The notes under the pieces were generated by a model. That model was not told the origin of the DNA. It did not search any database and worked only from the letters and a program-made list of their open reading frames with translations. DNA of 64,000 nucleotides from a virus (Duplodnaviria > Caudoviricetes). The stretch is taken from positions 1 through 64,000 of IMG/VR virus record IMGVR_UViG_3300037313_001148; one strand, written 5' to 3'. Below, one piece after another: positions 1 through 9,129 of the stretch. The position numbers were made by a program, and so were the translations under genes. The stretch's first letter is position 1, and each line of letters begins with the position of its first letter.

Positions 1-503
1 TGAGTCTGGCCAGGGTAATTGGCATCCGGAATCCAGTCTTTTCCAGCTTGACAGCCTTAACCAGCACGCCAGGGTATTCCGGATCCGGCTCGGCAATCAC
101 GTCGTAATCACGAAAAATATCATTCATATCATCGACCGTGAAACGCCATCGGTCAACAGGATGCTCGTGATACGGGAATCCCGGCCCGCGAGTCGTCAGT
201 ACGACATATCCACCAGTTTTGAGCAACCTGTCGATCGCAAAAATGACGATCCGCCAGTCTTCGGCGTGCTCAAGCATCTCCGTACAAATAATGATATCAA
301 AGATTTCTTCTTTAAAGTAATCACACAACTCTTCCGCCGTAATCTTCAGATCAACCGCCCATCCGCTCCCCGGAGTTTTTTCCAAATCTGTTCCTATATA
401 GATCTTTGGATTTTGGCTTTGAACATGAAACCTCAAAGTCCCATTAACATCGGCTGATCCGATTTCCAGGACGCGCTTGCTTTCGGCGTCCCGGATCATC
501 GAT

Positions 504-1019
504 TTACCGAATTCCATTACCGAGTTGTGCATGGCTGAAATGGCTCCGTTGGGGCTTGTTTACCGGCTCGACAGGCTTGAATCCGAGCGTAACACGACTT
601 TGATTAAGGACTTCCCATCCGGGTGAATCCTTGCTCCATTCTTCCCTGACCGCCTCGTCTTCCATGAACTGCAATGCCTGGATTAACGCCTCGGTGGCCG
701 ACCGGGACATTGCGGTTGACCGGCTGTCAAGCTGACCGGCCACCGTCTCGGGTCGTCCGCAGTTCTGTCTTTGCGTCTTAACCGGGATACACCATTTCTT
801 GATTACATATCTTCTTACAATTCCGAACGTAATCGCTTCCTCCGGTTGCTCCTTAAAGCCCTTCAAAGATGTACCGTTGTACATGTCTTTGACGGCATTC
901 CAGAGATGACTCTGGGATTGTAGCGGGCCATCCTTTTCCGCAGTCCTGATTGCGGCTTCGAGCCGTTTTCGATCGACGTGCATACCCATCCAGATAGCCT
1001 TTATCTCGACAACTAGCAA
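504..1019 (-). CDS. hypothetical protein, paralog of 11020..11529
   Basis: VDRKRLEAAIRTAEK..LWNAV..IT..V..KT..GR aligns with VSATELQAEIDLAEK..LFDAV..IT..KT..GR; start uncertain (TTG 1019 or downstream ATGs). Confidence 0.6.
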   Translation of the reverse strand: MLVVEIKAIWMGMHVDRKRLEAAIRTAEKDGPLQSQSHLWNAVKDMYNGTSLKGFKEQPEEAITFGIVRRYVIKKWCIPVKTQRQNCGRPETVAGQLDSRSTAMSRSATEALIQALQFMEDEAVREEWSKDSPGWEVLNQSRVTLGFKPVEPVNKPQRSHFSHAQLGNGIR

Positions 1020-1055
1020 GGACTTTCGATTCCATAGTGGTTCCCCTATCCGGCT

Positions 1056-1084
1056 AGTATACCGGAAGCATGACGAATTTTCAA
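1056..1084 (-). promoter_or_regulatory. sigma70-type promoter
   Basis: minus strand TTGAAA-17 nt-TATACT, with TCCGG directly before the -10 box. Confidence 0.7.
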
Positions 1085-1172
1085 GCTTTTTCAGAACTAG
1101 GCCCTTGACTTGACTGAAATCGCCTCTCTCGCACTAACCCGAAACACGGATACCCGTCTATGACGCAGCCCA

Positions 1173-1219
1173 CGACACTCCCCTTTCTCCGTCGTCCCCC
1201 TTGCCCGCGAAGCGGGCAA
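1173..1219 (+). repeat. dispersed motif+GNA hairpin element, copy 1 (intergenic)
   Basis: cgacactcccctttctccgtcgtcc + ttgcccgc-GAA-gcgggcaa. Confidence 0.9.
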
Positions 1220-1248
1220 CTCAGTTCCCATAAATTGCCACCTTGGCG

Positions 1249-1500
1249 TCACAGACGAACCTCAGAGCCATCAGCGATTGCTTGCATAGCCTTGAGTGCA
1301 AGCGGCCCTGGATTTCTTGTTCCTGCTTCGATCTTTTCTACCCATGACACACTATAACTCACATCGATATTATAGCGATCGTGGATGAAATTAGAAATAA
1401 TTGTGGCGAACTCCTGGGTGTTAATTGATCGGCCGAGCCGTTTTTTGAGAGTGGTTCGCCTCAGATCGCGAACAAACTTCTTATTTGATCTCGTCATCAT
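1249..1500 (-). CDS. XRE-family HTH protein
   Basis: VRDLRR..NTQEFA..SVSWVEKIEAGTRNP pattern; ATG at 1500 preferred. Confidence 0.6.
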   Translation of the reverse strand: MMTRSNKKFVRDLRRTTLKKRLGRSINTQEFATIISNFIHDRYNIDVSYSVSWVEKIEAGTRNPGPLALKAMQAIADGSEVRL

Positions 1501-1549
1501 GCTTATGACTCCGAAAAGAAGACTGGGCCGATCCATCGGCCCTTGATTA

Positions 1550-1990
1550 TTACATGATTTTTGATTTGTTCCACTGTTCAATAACGATACTGGCAATAGT
1601 TTTCCTGATATCGATTTCCTCCGCTTTGAACTTGCCTGTTGCGATATCCCCGATAAGCGCGGTAAGTTCTTCGATCTGACTCAATGCCTCTCTGTGTTCT
1701 TCCTGGAGAAGTTTCAAGGCTTGTGAATCTGCCTTGAGCCTTTCAAGGTCTTCGGCAGAGACACGCGGTTCTGTGTCGCTTGTGGCGTCGTTATTGCTTC
1801 CCTTTGGCTGCCTTCCCCTGACATTCGGATAAGGGATTTCAAAATCCCTACTGTACTCTCTGTAGGCAATCTCCGACACTCCAGCCCTTCTAGTCGCCTC
1901 GAATACGGTGTACCCGCTTTCGCGAAGACGGTTCACTTCCTGGACCAACGACTTCTTTTTACTGTCGCTTCTGCCTCGTCTTCCCATCAC
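1550..1990 (-). CDS. HTH-like DNA-binding protein
   Basis: VNRLRESGYTVFEATRRAGVSEIAYREY followed by a coiled coil; similar to the next gene. Confidence 0.55.
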   Translation of the reverse strand: MMGRRGRSDSKKKSLVQEVNRLRESGYTVFEATRRAGVSEIAYREYSRDFEIPYPNVRGRQPKGSNNDATSDTEPRVSAEDLERLKADSQALKLLQEEHREALSQIEELTALIGDIATGKFKAEEIDIRKTIASIVIEQWNKSKIM

Positions 1991-2658
1991 TCGCTCTCCA
2001 GAAACACAAGGGGCCGCTCGTATCGCCCTGTCCGGTCGCTTCCACAGGCTCCCGGCTCTCTGGGGATTTTCGATTTATGGATAGGAACAGGGCCGCTCCA
2101 ATCCCAGTCCTCCACGGTATCAACAGTTCCGTAGATCTTTGATCGATCTGGCGACAGGATCGCACCTCCGGAACTCACGATTGCGTAAACTGTTCCCCCT
2201 CTCAGAACGATTGCCTCTCGATCTCCGTTTCTCACTTCAACAAATGAAATCCTGTCTAATTCCTCCCTTGGTACGCTTGCTGTTACCTGAAAGTCCATGC
2301 CTGCCGCAATCTTTTTCTCGAGGATATGCCGACGCCTCGCATGTGCTTCGAGTGTTTGGGCCAGGAACTCGACCCCTTCCGTATCCTTGGCCATTTCGGA
2401 TCGCTTGAAGCAGATACGTTTTCGCGGCAGGGAATCCGGAGGATCGATTCCAAAGCTTTTCATGTATTTCCTATAAGTTGTTACATTTGTATGGATCTTC
2501 CTGCAAGATTCTTCGATCGTCATCCCTGACGATCGAAGCTGATTGACCCGAAGCACGATCGACCGCATTTTTTCCTCGGAAGGCTGGCCGCGTTTTCTCA
2601 CGAAATCATTCCTTATTTTTCTCGGTGTGCCCTTCGGACCACGCCGCTTACAACCCAC
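1987..2658 (-). CDS. HTH-like DNA-binding protein
   Basis: VNQLRSSGMTIEESCRKIHTNVTTYRKY, paralogous to 1550..1990; 4-nt overlap with it. Confidence 0.55.
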   Translation of the reverse strand: MGCKRRGPKGTPRKIRNDFVRKRGQPSEEKMRSIVLRVNQLRSSGMTIEESCRKIHTNVTTYRKYMKSFGIDPPDSLPRKRICFKRSEMAKDTEGVEFLAQTLEAHARRRHILEKKIAAGMDFQVTASVPREELDRISFVEVRNGDREAIVLRGGTVYAIVSSGGAILSPDRSKIYGTVDTVEDWDWSGPVPIHKSKIPREPGACGSDRTGRYERPLVFLESE

Positions 2659-3089
2659 GCGAGAAATGCGTCTCGCTGAATGGCTGGAAGCTTCCGATAA
2701 ACATTGGACAAAGAGTCAATGTTTTCTTCAACTTCCTTGTACTTGTTTTTGGTCGCCTCATTCTTGTTCCTGGCGATCGTCTCGAGAGTGCGAACTTGTG
2801 CCTGCCACTTCATTACCTCTTCTTCGCATTTCCATCTTTCGATGGAACCCAGATTGTTCCATGTTGAGCTATTCTCGCCTTTATTCTCCCGAAATCTGAT
2901 GACCAGGCCGATTGAAGCATAGCCGACCGGCTTCTTGAAGCCAACGTCTCTAAGCCCCTTTCCTTCAGTGGATTCCCCGTTGTTTGGTGTGTCCCCGAGA
3001 AGCCGATAGAAATGGAAGAACCCGCCGCTCGCTCCTTCGTGTTTGCCGATGTAGATTGCTCTATGCTCAATCTCTTTGGCATCCATCAT
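2613..3089 (-). CDS. hypothetical protein
   Basis: 158-aa ORF, aggaggagc RBS, coupled to neighbours. Confidence 0.65.
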   Translation of the reverse strand: MMDAKEIEHRAIYIGKHEGASGGFFHFYRLLGDTPNNGESTEGKGLRDVGFKKPVGYASIGLVIRFRENKGENSSTWNNLGSIERWKCEEEVMKWQAQVRTLETIARNKNEATKNKYKEVEENIDSLSNVYRKLPAIQRDAFLAWVVSGVVRRAHREK

Positions 3090-3340
3090 GCTCCTCCTTT
3101 CCAGGCTAGGTAATCCGCTTGAAGCCTCTGAAGCACAGCGTACGCCACGTCGATATTCCCCCTGGCGTCCCTCGGAGCCAATTGGAGCGATGCCCGGAAA
3201 GCCACGTCTTCTCCGTTGTCGATGCGGTCAATCAGATCGTTTCCACGATTAATCATGTATTCTTTTGGCCCGGTTACACTCTCTTCCGTAGCCATAAAAA
3301 CTCCGACACGCTTGACAGGAACGTCGAATCCGAAGTACAT
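3086..3340 (-). CDS. hypothetical protein
   Basis: ATG 3340 after aaaggaaa; 4-nt overlap with the downstream gene. Confidence 0.6.
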   Translation of the reverse strand: MYFGFDVPVKRVGVFMATEESVTGPKEYMINRGNDLIDRIDNGEDVAFRASLQLAPRDARGNIDVAYAVLQRLQADYLAWKGGA

Positions 3341-3394
3341 TATATGATTTCCTTTGCGTGTTGTCTGACAAGCCGAATTAGTTGCACGTCTCAT

Positions 3395-3628
3395 TCAATT
3401 AACAGGCAGATACTTGATCTGAACATCATCGGTGCATGATTCAGGCTTGGCCCACTTCCAAAGCTTCCCCTGGCGATCGATCATCCAATGAGACCGGAAC
3501 CGGCTTGGCTGTTTGTCGGTAGCCGTCCAGCTTGCGAGATGCAAGAGATAGATCGGCCGTTGTTCGCTGATAGCTTGGCGTTGCAACTCTATCACGAGCT
3601 TCATGGGAAATTGCGGAGCTTTGGTCAT
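3395..3628 (-). CDS. hypothetical protein
   Basis: 77-aa ORF co-oriented with the block. Confidence 0.5.
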   Translation of the reverse strand: MTKAPQFPMKLVIELQRQAISEQRPIYLLHLASWTATDKQPSRFRSHWMIDRQGKLWKWAKPESCTDDVQIKYLPVN

Positions 3629-3696
3629 TGTCGGAATCTCCCGGCGCCCCTGGATTTGATTCGAGATAAGGGGCCGTCCGTGGCCCCATCCCCCAT

Positions 3697-4614
3697 TCAG
3701 GCCGTTGCGGTTTCCGCTTCCTTCGCTTCTGCTTCAGTTCGTGAGAAATTGAGAATATATTCAGTCACTTGCGATGCTCGGTACGAAGCTTTAAGAATCC
3801 AGGAGTTATCTCGCTTCATGCGGTCAATCCACGATCCCAGGTAGTCAACCGAGTCGTCCCATCGCTTACCTGCCGGGATCTCGCATGCATCCGCGAGGTA
3901 ACATGCTGAGATTTCGGCAACCAATTCGCCAAAGAAGTAATCTTCATCCCCGAATCGCTTACCCATGACTGAGCCGATGGCATGGTCTGCCCAATGCGAC
4001 AACTCATGAAATAGTGTTGTGTAGTAGTTTTCCTCTGTGTCAAACTTGGACTTCCAAGGAATCGAGATCTCGCGACCTGACGTTGCGAAGTGGGCCGAGT
4101 TTCCGCCGTGACTGATCTTTGCTCCGGTTTTCTCGATCACTGCATCCGCTGTTGCGTAGTCAGCCACGCCGTCATTGGTTCCGTTGGGATCGGGCCGAAG
4201 ATGGTCCAAGGAATCCCCGTTGACTTGATCGATGCAAAACACTGGAAACATTCTCATAAGAGAATATCTATCCACTTCTTCGTTACCGTTGGAGTCCGTT
4301 TTCCCGGTGCGCTTGACGATCGGCTTATAGAGGGTAATCCAGGTTGCTTTCGCACCAGACTTGACCGATCCACCGTGCTCCTTCCATTGGTTGAAGGTTG
4401 CCCACCAACGACCCGACAGGCCACCGCACAAGGCCGTCAGATCCAACAGGATCGGGTTGATTCCCCGATAGGGCTTGCGTGTTACCAGCGAACTGGGATG
4501 ACCCATGTTCGGATCGAGGGACCAGGGTCGGACCCACGGCTTGACCCCCTTTTCCAGTGCCTCAAGGATCCGCGAGGTAATCAGGGTTCGCATCTGATCG
4601 CTTGACAGGGCCAT
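3697..4614 (-). CDS. ardC: ArdC-like ssDNA-binding antirestriction protein (DUF1738 + zincin-like domain)
   Basis: LEKGVKPWVRPW, YRGINPILL, WATFNQW, VFCIDQ, TLFHELSHW, EELVAE-like motifs. Confidence 0.9.
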   Translation of the reverse strand: MALSSDQMRTLITSRILEALEKGVKPWVRPWSLDPNMGHPSSLVTRKPYRGINPILLDLTALCGGLSGRWWATFNQWKEHGGSVKSGAKATWITLYKPIVKRTGKTDSNGNEEVDRYSLMRMFPVFCIDQVNGDSLDHLRPDPNGTNDGVADYATADAVIEKTGAKISHGGNSAHFATSGREISIPWKSKFDTEENYYTTLFHELSHWADHAIGSVMGKRFGDEDYFFGELVAEISACYLADACEIPAGKRWDDSVDYLGSWIDRMKRDNSWILKASYRASQVTEYILNFSRTEAEAKEAETATA

Positions 4615-4664
4615 ATAGAAGTGCTCCGGATTCCAAGGGGTTTGTATTCAGTCGATCCAGGGTA

Positions 4665-4693
4665 ATGATATTGCACAATGTCCGGTAAGTCTA
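4665..4693 (-). promoter_or_regulatory. sigma70-type promoter for ardC
   Basis: minus strand TAGACT-17 nt-TATCAT; ATCCTGAAAA upstream. Confidence 0.55.
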
Positions 4694-4758
4694 GAGGATG
4701 TTTTCAGGATTTTCACGCCAGGACTTCCGTGTCCCGGCGCCCCTGCCTTTTGACCCCC

Positions 4759-5325
4759 TTATGGACTCTGGGGAGTGGTGGTAACATTCACGAGAATGCC
4801 GGAGAACACAGTCAAATCAAGATCTTCCCATGAGAACATCATTCGCATGATTGAATCAGAGGGCACGCAATGCGTGTCTTGAGTCAGGTCACTTAGGGCT
4901 TGGCAGCGATTTTTGACCCAAGTTCGGTTGCACATTTTTCCATTCAAATAAGGTCTGATCTCTTGAACCCAAATCGCCGAGATGGGTTCCCGGAATCTGA
5001 CAGTGTATCCATAATTAACCGCAATATCAACATACGGTTTCATATGGATATTCAGAACATTGCAGTTATCCACAATAACGTAATCGGTCTCGCGCTCCAT
5101 AGCGAACCGAGCATGACTGAAACACCATTCATGCGCGGCAGGGAGTCGGGAAGGATCGAAATTCTTGACGTAGGTATATCGATCCCAGCCGAAGTAATTG
5201 TCCGCAGAGCAAACCGCCACAGAGTAAGGGATTCCCCGTGAATCCAATTCGCGACAGATCGTCCGTGCTTCGGTGGACTTCCCCGATCCAGGCAGACCAC
5301 GCATGAGATAGAGAGTCTTTTTCAT
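4759..5325 (-). CDS. AAA_33 / polynucleotide-kinase-like P-loop kinase
   Basis: LYLMRGLPGSGKST Walker A, CSADNYF, VIVDNCN, HCVP..I.RM. Confidence 0.8.
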   Translation of the reverse strand: MKKTLYLMRGLPGSGKSTEARTICRELDSRGIPYSVAVCSADNYFGWDRYTYVKNFDPSRLPAAHEWCFSHARFAMERETDYVIVDNCNVLNIHMKPYVDIAVNYGYTVRFREPISAIWVQEIRPYLNGKMCNRTWVKNRCQALSDLTQDTHCVPSDSIMRMMFSWEDLDLTVFSGILVNVTTTPQSP

Positions 5326-5343
5326 CGCCATTGCCCTCAAAAA

Positions 5344-5555
5344 ATGCATGCACTCATTGAACATGCCGAACTACTGAACAAACGTTCACAACGTCCTAGA
5401 ATCGCTTATACGGCCCGCCACGCTATCGCCGGGCGGGAAGGTAGGATCTATCTACCACACTCCAGGAGATGCCACTACAAGCCAAAGAGAGCCGATTTTC
5501 GCCCGGCCCGGCCGGCAGCCCCAAGCCGGGCCAGGCGAAGTGCATCCATGCACTC
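5344..5555. repeat. intergenic module A, similar to 8919..9129
   Basis: atgcatgcactcattg; tcctagaatcgcttatacggcccg (22/24 identical to module B); ends in gtgcat-cc-atgcac. Confidence 0.65.
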
Positions 5556-6030
5556 AATCGTATATTACGCCAACGACTCGACCGCTAATCCCATTGGGAT
5601 CACGGAAGATCCGGTATCGGTGTCCAGCGCTCAATCCTGTATTAATGTTCCGAAAACTGTCCACATGTTCAACTGCACGTTGTGCCATTTCCAGGGACAC
5701 AATCTTGAAAGTTGTTGACCATGTTTTCCCATGATCTCCCGAGAATTGCAGCACATCCATTGCGATTGGGGAGAAAATGCTATTCAAGTATCTTTCCCGC
5801 CGCGTATCGGCGTCATGCCGTTCCATCATCTCGCAAAATTCCACGGCCATTTCCGCGCCCGACTCCAACGCCAGTTGCGCGGCAAATCGGGAGATCGCAT
5901 AGACGTTGTGAATAATGCCGAAATGAAACCATTTGACGATCTCACGCCGTTTGCTCGGGTCGGAAATCCAAGATTCGAGCATGATCGCCAGGTTGTCCAT
6001 CTTCAGTTGCGAGCTAATTGAAGTTGCCAT
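5554..6030 (-). CDS. hypothetical protein downstream of a solitary CRISPR repeat
   Basis: 158-aa ORF, ggag RBS; repeat ends 27 nt before the ATG. Confidence 0.6.
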   Translation of the reverse strand: MATSISSQLKMDNLAIMLESWISDPSKRREIVKWFHFGIIHNVYAISRFAAQLALESGAEMAVEFCEMMERHDADTRRERYLNSIFSPIAMDVLQFSGDHGKTWSTTFKIVSLEMAQRAVEHVDSFRNINTGLSAGHRYRIFRDPNGISGRVVGVIYD

Positions 6031-6057
6031 TGTGATTTGCTCCGTAGGTTGTGCGCA

Positions 6058-6088
6058 GTTTCAATCCACGTTCCGCGTGAGAGGCAAC
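6058..6088 (-). CRISPR. solitary degenerate type I-C CRISPR repeat
   Basis: minus strand GTTGCCTCTCACGCGGAACGTGGATTGAAAC (31 nt), similar to the 15384 repeat; no array. Confidence 0.75.
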
Positions 6089-6123
6089 GAAAAGAAGGCC
6101 GGCAAGCCCAATGCTTGCCGGCC
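6089..6123 (-). terminator. intrinsic terminator after the helicase
   Basis: perfect 11-bp stem ggccggcaagc/gcttgccggcc followed by TTCTTTT on the minus strand. Confidence 0.75.
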
Positions 6124-6158
6124 AGTCACATCATCGCTTGCCGGCCGGTTACATCATC
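6113..6158. repeat. 23-bp tandem duplication
   Basis: gcttgccggccagtcacatcatc / gcttgccggccggttacatcatc. Confidence 0.8.
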
Positions 6159-7842
6159 GTTGGGTCAATTGCTCTTCAGTCGTCCCGTTTCGCTTAGGCT
6201 TGGGTTCGACCCAGTAAAGTTCAGACGTTGCGCGGGTGATCGCCACGTAGATCAGGTTGCTCTCTTGCTTCCGTGCCCATGATTTCTTGGCCATCGGGTG
6301 CGGCAGCAACTCGGGATGAAGGATCCAAACCCGCTCCGACTCCAACCCCTTGACACGGTGGATTGTCGAGAGCACGACTCCGGTCGTCTTGTCTGAAAAG
6401 ATCGACAAAATCTTATTCTTGACGTCGTTGATATTTTCGCATCCTTCGGCCAGGACTTTGAGAGTATCGATCCGGTCGGCCAAACGCTGAGACTTGGCTT
6501 CTTGACCGGGCTTGGCCAGCTTGGCGATTTCGCGATTTCCCCAAGCGTCGATGCGCTCCCAAACGTCGCCGTTCTTTTGTTCCCGGCCGATCTTGTCGAG
6601 AAGAGAGCACAAATTCTTGCCGATGTCGCTTCCCCGGATCGTTGCTTTAACGCCGTTGCGGATCAGCGCCATACAATGCTCGGCCAGGGGAGCAGTCGTG
6701 CGACAGATCACCATATCCCCATCTTTGACGTTCTTCATGAAATCGTCTTCCTTGACGTTTTCCACGGTTCCGGGCTTTGCGGTCGGGGACGCTTGGATAT
6801 GGGGAACGATCTCCTGGGCCGCTTCGATGACCTTGGACGGGCAGCGCCAGCAAATCGAGAGAGGGAGTTCGACGGCCGAGAAGTCTCGCACCACGCTATC
6901 GATGGCTTCCGGATCGGCACCCCTAAATCCGTAGATAGCTTGGTTCCTGTCGCCGACGAACACCGCGCGCCCACCGTTTGCCGTCAGCCGCCGGATCATC
7001 TCGACTTGGATCGGGTTCAAGTCTTGACTCTCATCGATAAACACGTACTGATAGTACGTGGGGAACGCCATGTTCTTTGCGATCGGCAAGAGCAACTGAT
7101 CGTTGAAATCGATCATGGTTTCACAATTGAAACCGTCCTCGTATGTGCGAAGAAGCACGTCGAAAAACTTGTCTGTGCTAACTTCTTTGGGATCCGGGAT
7201 GTCGATGTCGTATCGATCGCAAAGTTCCATCACGTCAGCGCGGGTCGGCAGACCACGGATCGCGCCGTAGCCGAACCCCTTGAACAGCGCCACAAGCCGG
7301 CGGATCGGCGGGAGCATCAACGAAAACTCAATCTCATCCTTGCGATTGAGCATGTCATAACCCACGACGCCCTTGGCCACGAAATCGGTCTTGGAGTCGT
7401 TGAGGGTGGGCTTGACCGTCGCATTTTTGAAAACGATCCCCGCGCCGAGGGAGTTGAGGGTCTTCGCGGTGCAGTTCGGCAGAGAGATCCGCGCCGTCAG
7501 TTCTTCGGCGATCACTTTGTTGAATGCGAGCAAAAGGATGTTCGGCCGCTTGCCACCGTAGGTCAGGGCCGCGCAGGCGTCAATCAGTGTGGATGTCTTC
7601 CCCGACCCCGCCACGGCGTTGACGACCGCGTGGCCGCGTCCTTCGAGAAGCCATTGATAGATGTTCACTTGAAAAGACGTTGGGGCGCGGCCGGTCTTCT
7701 TCGTGAGCCGGTCAATCGTGTCAAGTACCAGCGTCGAGTGTTCCGTGGCCGTCTTGCGCTTGCGGTTTTTGGCGGGAGTGATCGCGACGGGGACCGGGCC
7801 AAAGTCGATGGAAGCGTCGGCGGTCTTGCGCTTGCGTGCCAT
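6154..7842 (-). CDS. UvrD/Rep-family SF1A helicase
   Basis: AVAGSGKT, FIDESQD, GDRNQAIYGFRGA, STIHRVKGLE, YVAITRA; start MARKRK at 7842. Confidence 0.93.
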   Translation of the reverse strand: MARKRKTADASIDFGPVPVAITPAKNRKRKTATEHSTLVLDTIDRLTKKTGRAPTSFQVNIYQWLLEGRGHAVVNAVAGSGKTSTLIDACAALTYGGKRPNILLLAFNKVIAEELTARISLPNCTAKTLNSLGAGIVFKNATVKPTLNDSKTDFVAKGVVGYDMLNRKDEIEFSLMLPPIRRLVALFKGFGYGAIRGLPTRADVMELCDRYDIDIPDPKEVSTDKFFDVLLRTYEDGFNCETMIDFNDQLLLPIAKNMAFPTYYQYVFIDESQDLNPIQVEMIRRLTANGGRAVFVGDRNQAIYGFRGADPEAIDSVVRDFSAVELPLSICWRCPSKVIEAAQEIVPHIQASPTAKPGTVENVKEDDFMKNVKDGDMVICRTTAPLAEHCMALIRNGVKATIRGSDIGKNLCSLLDKIGREQKNGDVWERIDAWGNREIAKLAKPGQEAKSQRLADRIDTLKVLAEGCENINDVKNKILSIFSDKTTGVVLSTIHRVKGLESERVWILHPELLPHPMAKKSWARKQESNLIYVAITRATSELYWVEPKPKRNGTTEEQLTQR

Positions 7843-7894
7843 AATCGAAACTCCAGTGAAAGCCGTGAGAGGCGAAAACCGGCGATAGCCGGAA

Positions 7895-7937
7895 GTCCCG
7901 TCCGGGGAATCGAACCCCAGCAACGCCAGTACGGGAC
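7895..7937 (-). repeat. tRNA-like T-loop minihelix element 1 (leader of the helicase gene)
   Basis: gtcccgt-10 nt-ctgggg TTCGATT ccccgg-acgggac. Confidence 0.85.
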
Positions 7938-7947
7938 AAATGGTCCA

Positions 7948-8175
7948 TCATCGCAGCCAAAACCGAACGTCGTGCACTCCAACAGCCCATTCAATCGAAT
8001 CGGACGTCTCGATTTTGATAGGCTCTCCCCCGTGCAGGCGGGCCGCTTGTGAGGAATCGTATCGGTCAAACCAAGTGGCATGACCCACGTTATTTACCCA
8101 TCCCATTGCACGGGAAAGATCCGATTCCAAGGTTAAATAGAGATTCGTGTCTCGGTCGTATACAACGAAATTCAT
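7948..8175 (-). CDS. hypothetical protein
   Basis: gggag RBS; downstream of element 2. Confidence 0.6.
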   Translation of the reverse strand: MNFVVYDRDTNLYLTLESDLSRAMGWVNNVGHATWFDRYDSSQAARLHGGEPIKIETSDSIEWAVGVHDVRFWLR

Positions 8176-8218
8176 CGCCACTCACTCCCAGAGTTCCGTT
8201 TGTCTAATCAACCCGGAA

Positions 8219-8259
8219 GTCCCGTCCGGGTTGCGAAACCCGGTAACGCAGTACGGGAC
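8219..8259 (-). repeat. tRNA-like minihelix element 2 (variant loop)
   Basis: gtcccgt-actgcgtta-ccggg tttcgcaa cccgg-acgggac. Confidence 0.8.
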
Positions 8260-8266
8260 AGGGCAA

Positions 8267-8563
8267 TCAGCGATCACCAGCAGAGCCAGCCCGATAGCCA
8301 TCGGCAACAACGAGGATCCGTCCATTCGAGTCCACTTCGCCAACGGATCCCTTGGTTGCCGTGTGGAATTCGATCGATCTCAAGACGACTTGCAGCAACG
8401 AGGGATGAACCCATCCCCGGATCGGCCGTTTCCAGTCTTCATGGTCTGCAACCATGTGAAACGCATGCCGCAATTCTTCGACCGAGAACCAATCAACGAT
8501 CTGTTTCCTGTCAATAGCTTGCTCTTCAAGCCGTGCTTTCCGGATAGCTTCGTCGGTAGACAT
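8267..8563 (-). CDS. hypothetical protein
   Basis: 98-aa ORF co-oriented with the block. Confidence 0.65.
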   Translation of the reverse strand: MSTDEAIRKARLEEQAIDRKQIVDWFSVEELRHAFHMVADHEDWKRPIRGWVHPSLLQVVLRSIEFHTATKGSVGEVDSNGRILVVADGYRAGSAGDR

Positions 8564-8587
8564 GGCAGTTTGCTCCGAATAGGCATG

Positions 8588-8812
8588 TCACTTGGACCGT
8601 CGTTGCAACTCGAATTCGGCACGCGCTCCGCATCGCGCCATAGCTTGCGACTGAGCGATGCTTGCTCGGTTATAGGGTCCGATGGCTTCGATTTTGTTTC
8701 GATCCATCAAACACAGAACCCGATCAAGTAAGATCAGGGCGTCAGACATGCGACCCGAATCGTAGTTCTCATGAGCTTTTTTCAGGATTGGTCTGATTTC
8801 GTCGGCAGTCAT
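8588..8812 (-). CDS. hypothetical protein
   Basis: 74-aa ORF downstream of the promoter, ggag RBS. Confidence 0.55.
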   Translation of the reverse strand: MTADEIRPILKKAHENYDSGRMSDALILLDRVLCLMDRNKIEAIGPYNRASIAQSQAMARCGARAEFELQRRSK

Positions 8813-8857
8813 GAGCGGTTTACTCCAAGGGTTCCGCGATCCGATAACCGAGACAGC

Positions 8858-8886
8858 ATCTTACCGGACGATATGCGGTCAAACAA
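8858..8886 (-). promoter_or_regulatory. sigma70-type promoter
   Basis: TTGTTT-17 nt-TAAGAT with TCCGG before the -10 box; ATCCTGAAAA upstream. Confidence 0.55.
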
Positions 8887-8918
8887 CGGGAATTTTCAGG
8901 ATTACTTTGATTTTCTCA

Positions 8919-9129
8919 ATGCATGCATTCATTGTGCCGTTTCTCTGGTCATTAGTACACCATCCTAGAACCGCGTATACGGCCCGTGGCGTGATCCGCT
9001 CCGTTCAAGGCCCGATCTATCACCCCGCCATCCCAGAGCCACGCCAGCAGCCAGCCAAGCGACCCCGGATCCGACCAGCGATTCCGGCCAGATCCGGGAG
9101 CAGGACGGTTGCCGCGAGTGCATGCAATC
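8919..9129. repeat. intergenic module B, similar to 5344..5555
   Basis: atgcatgcattcattg; tcctagaaccgcgtatacggcccg; agtgcatgca. Confidence 0.65.

Noticed and set aside
853-1035. 60-aa ORF with a good RBS overlapping 504..1019
   Set aside because: The longer frame has a paralog at 11020; this ORF has no support beyond its RBS, although a frameshift cannot be excluded.
6502-8052. 516-aa plus-strand ORF
   Set aside because: Antisense shadow of the helicase with no recognisable motifs.
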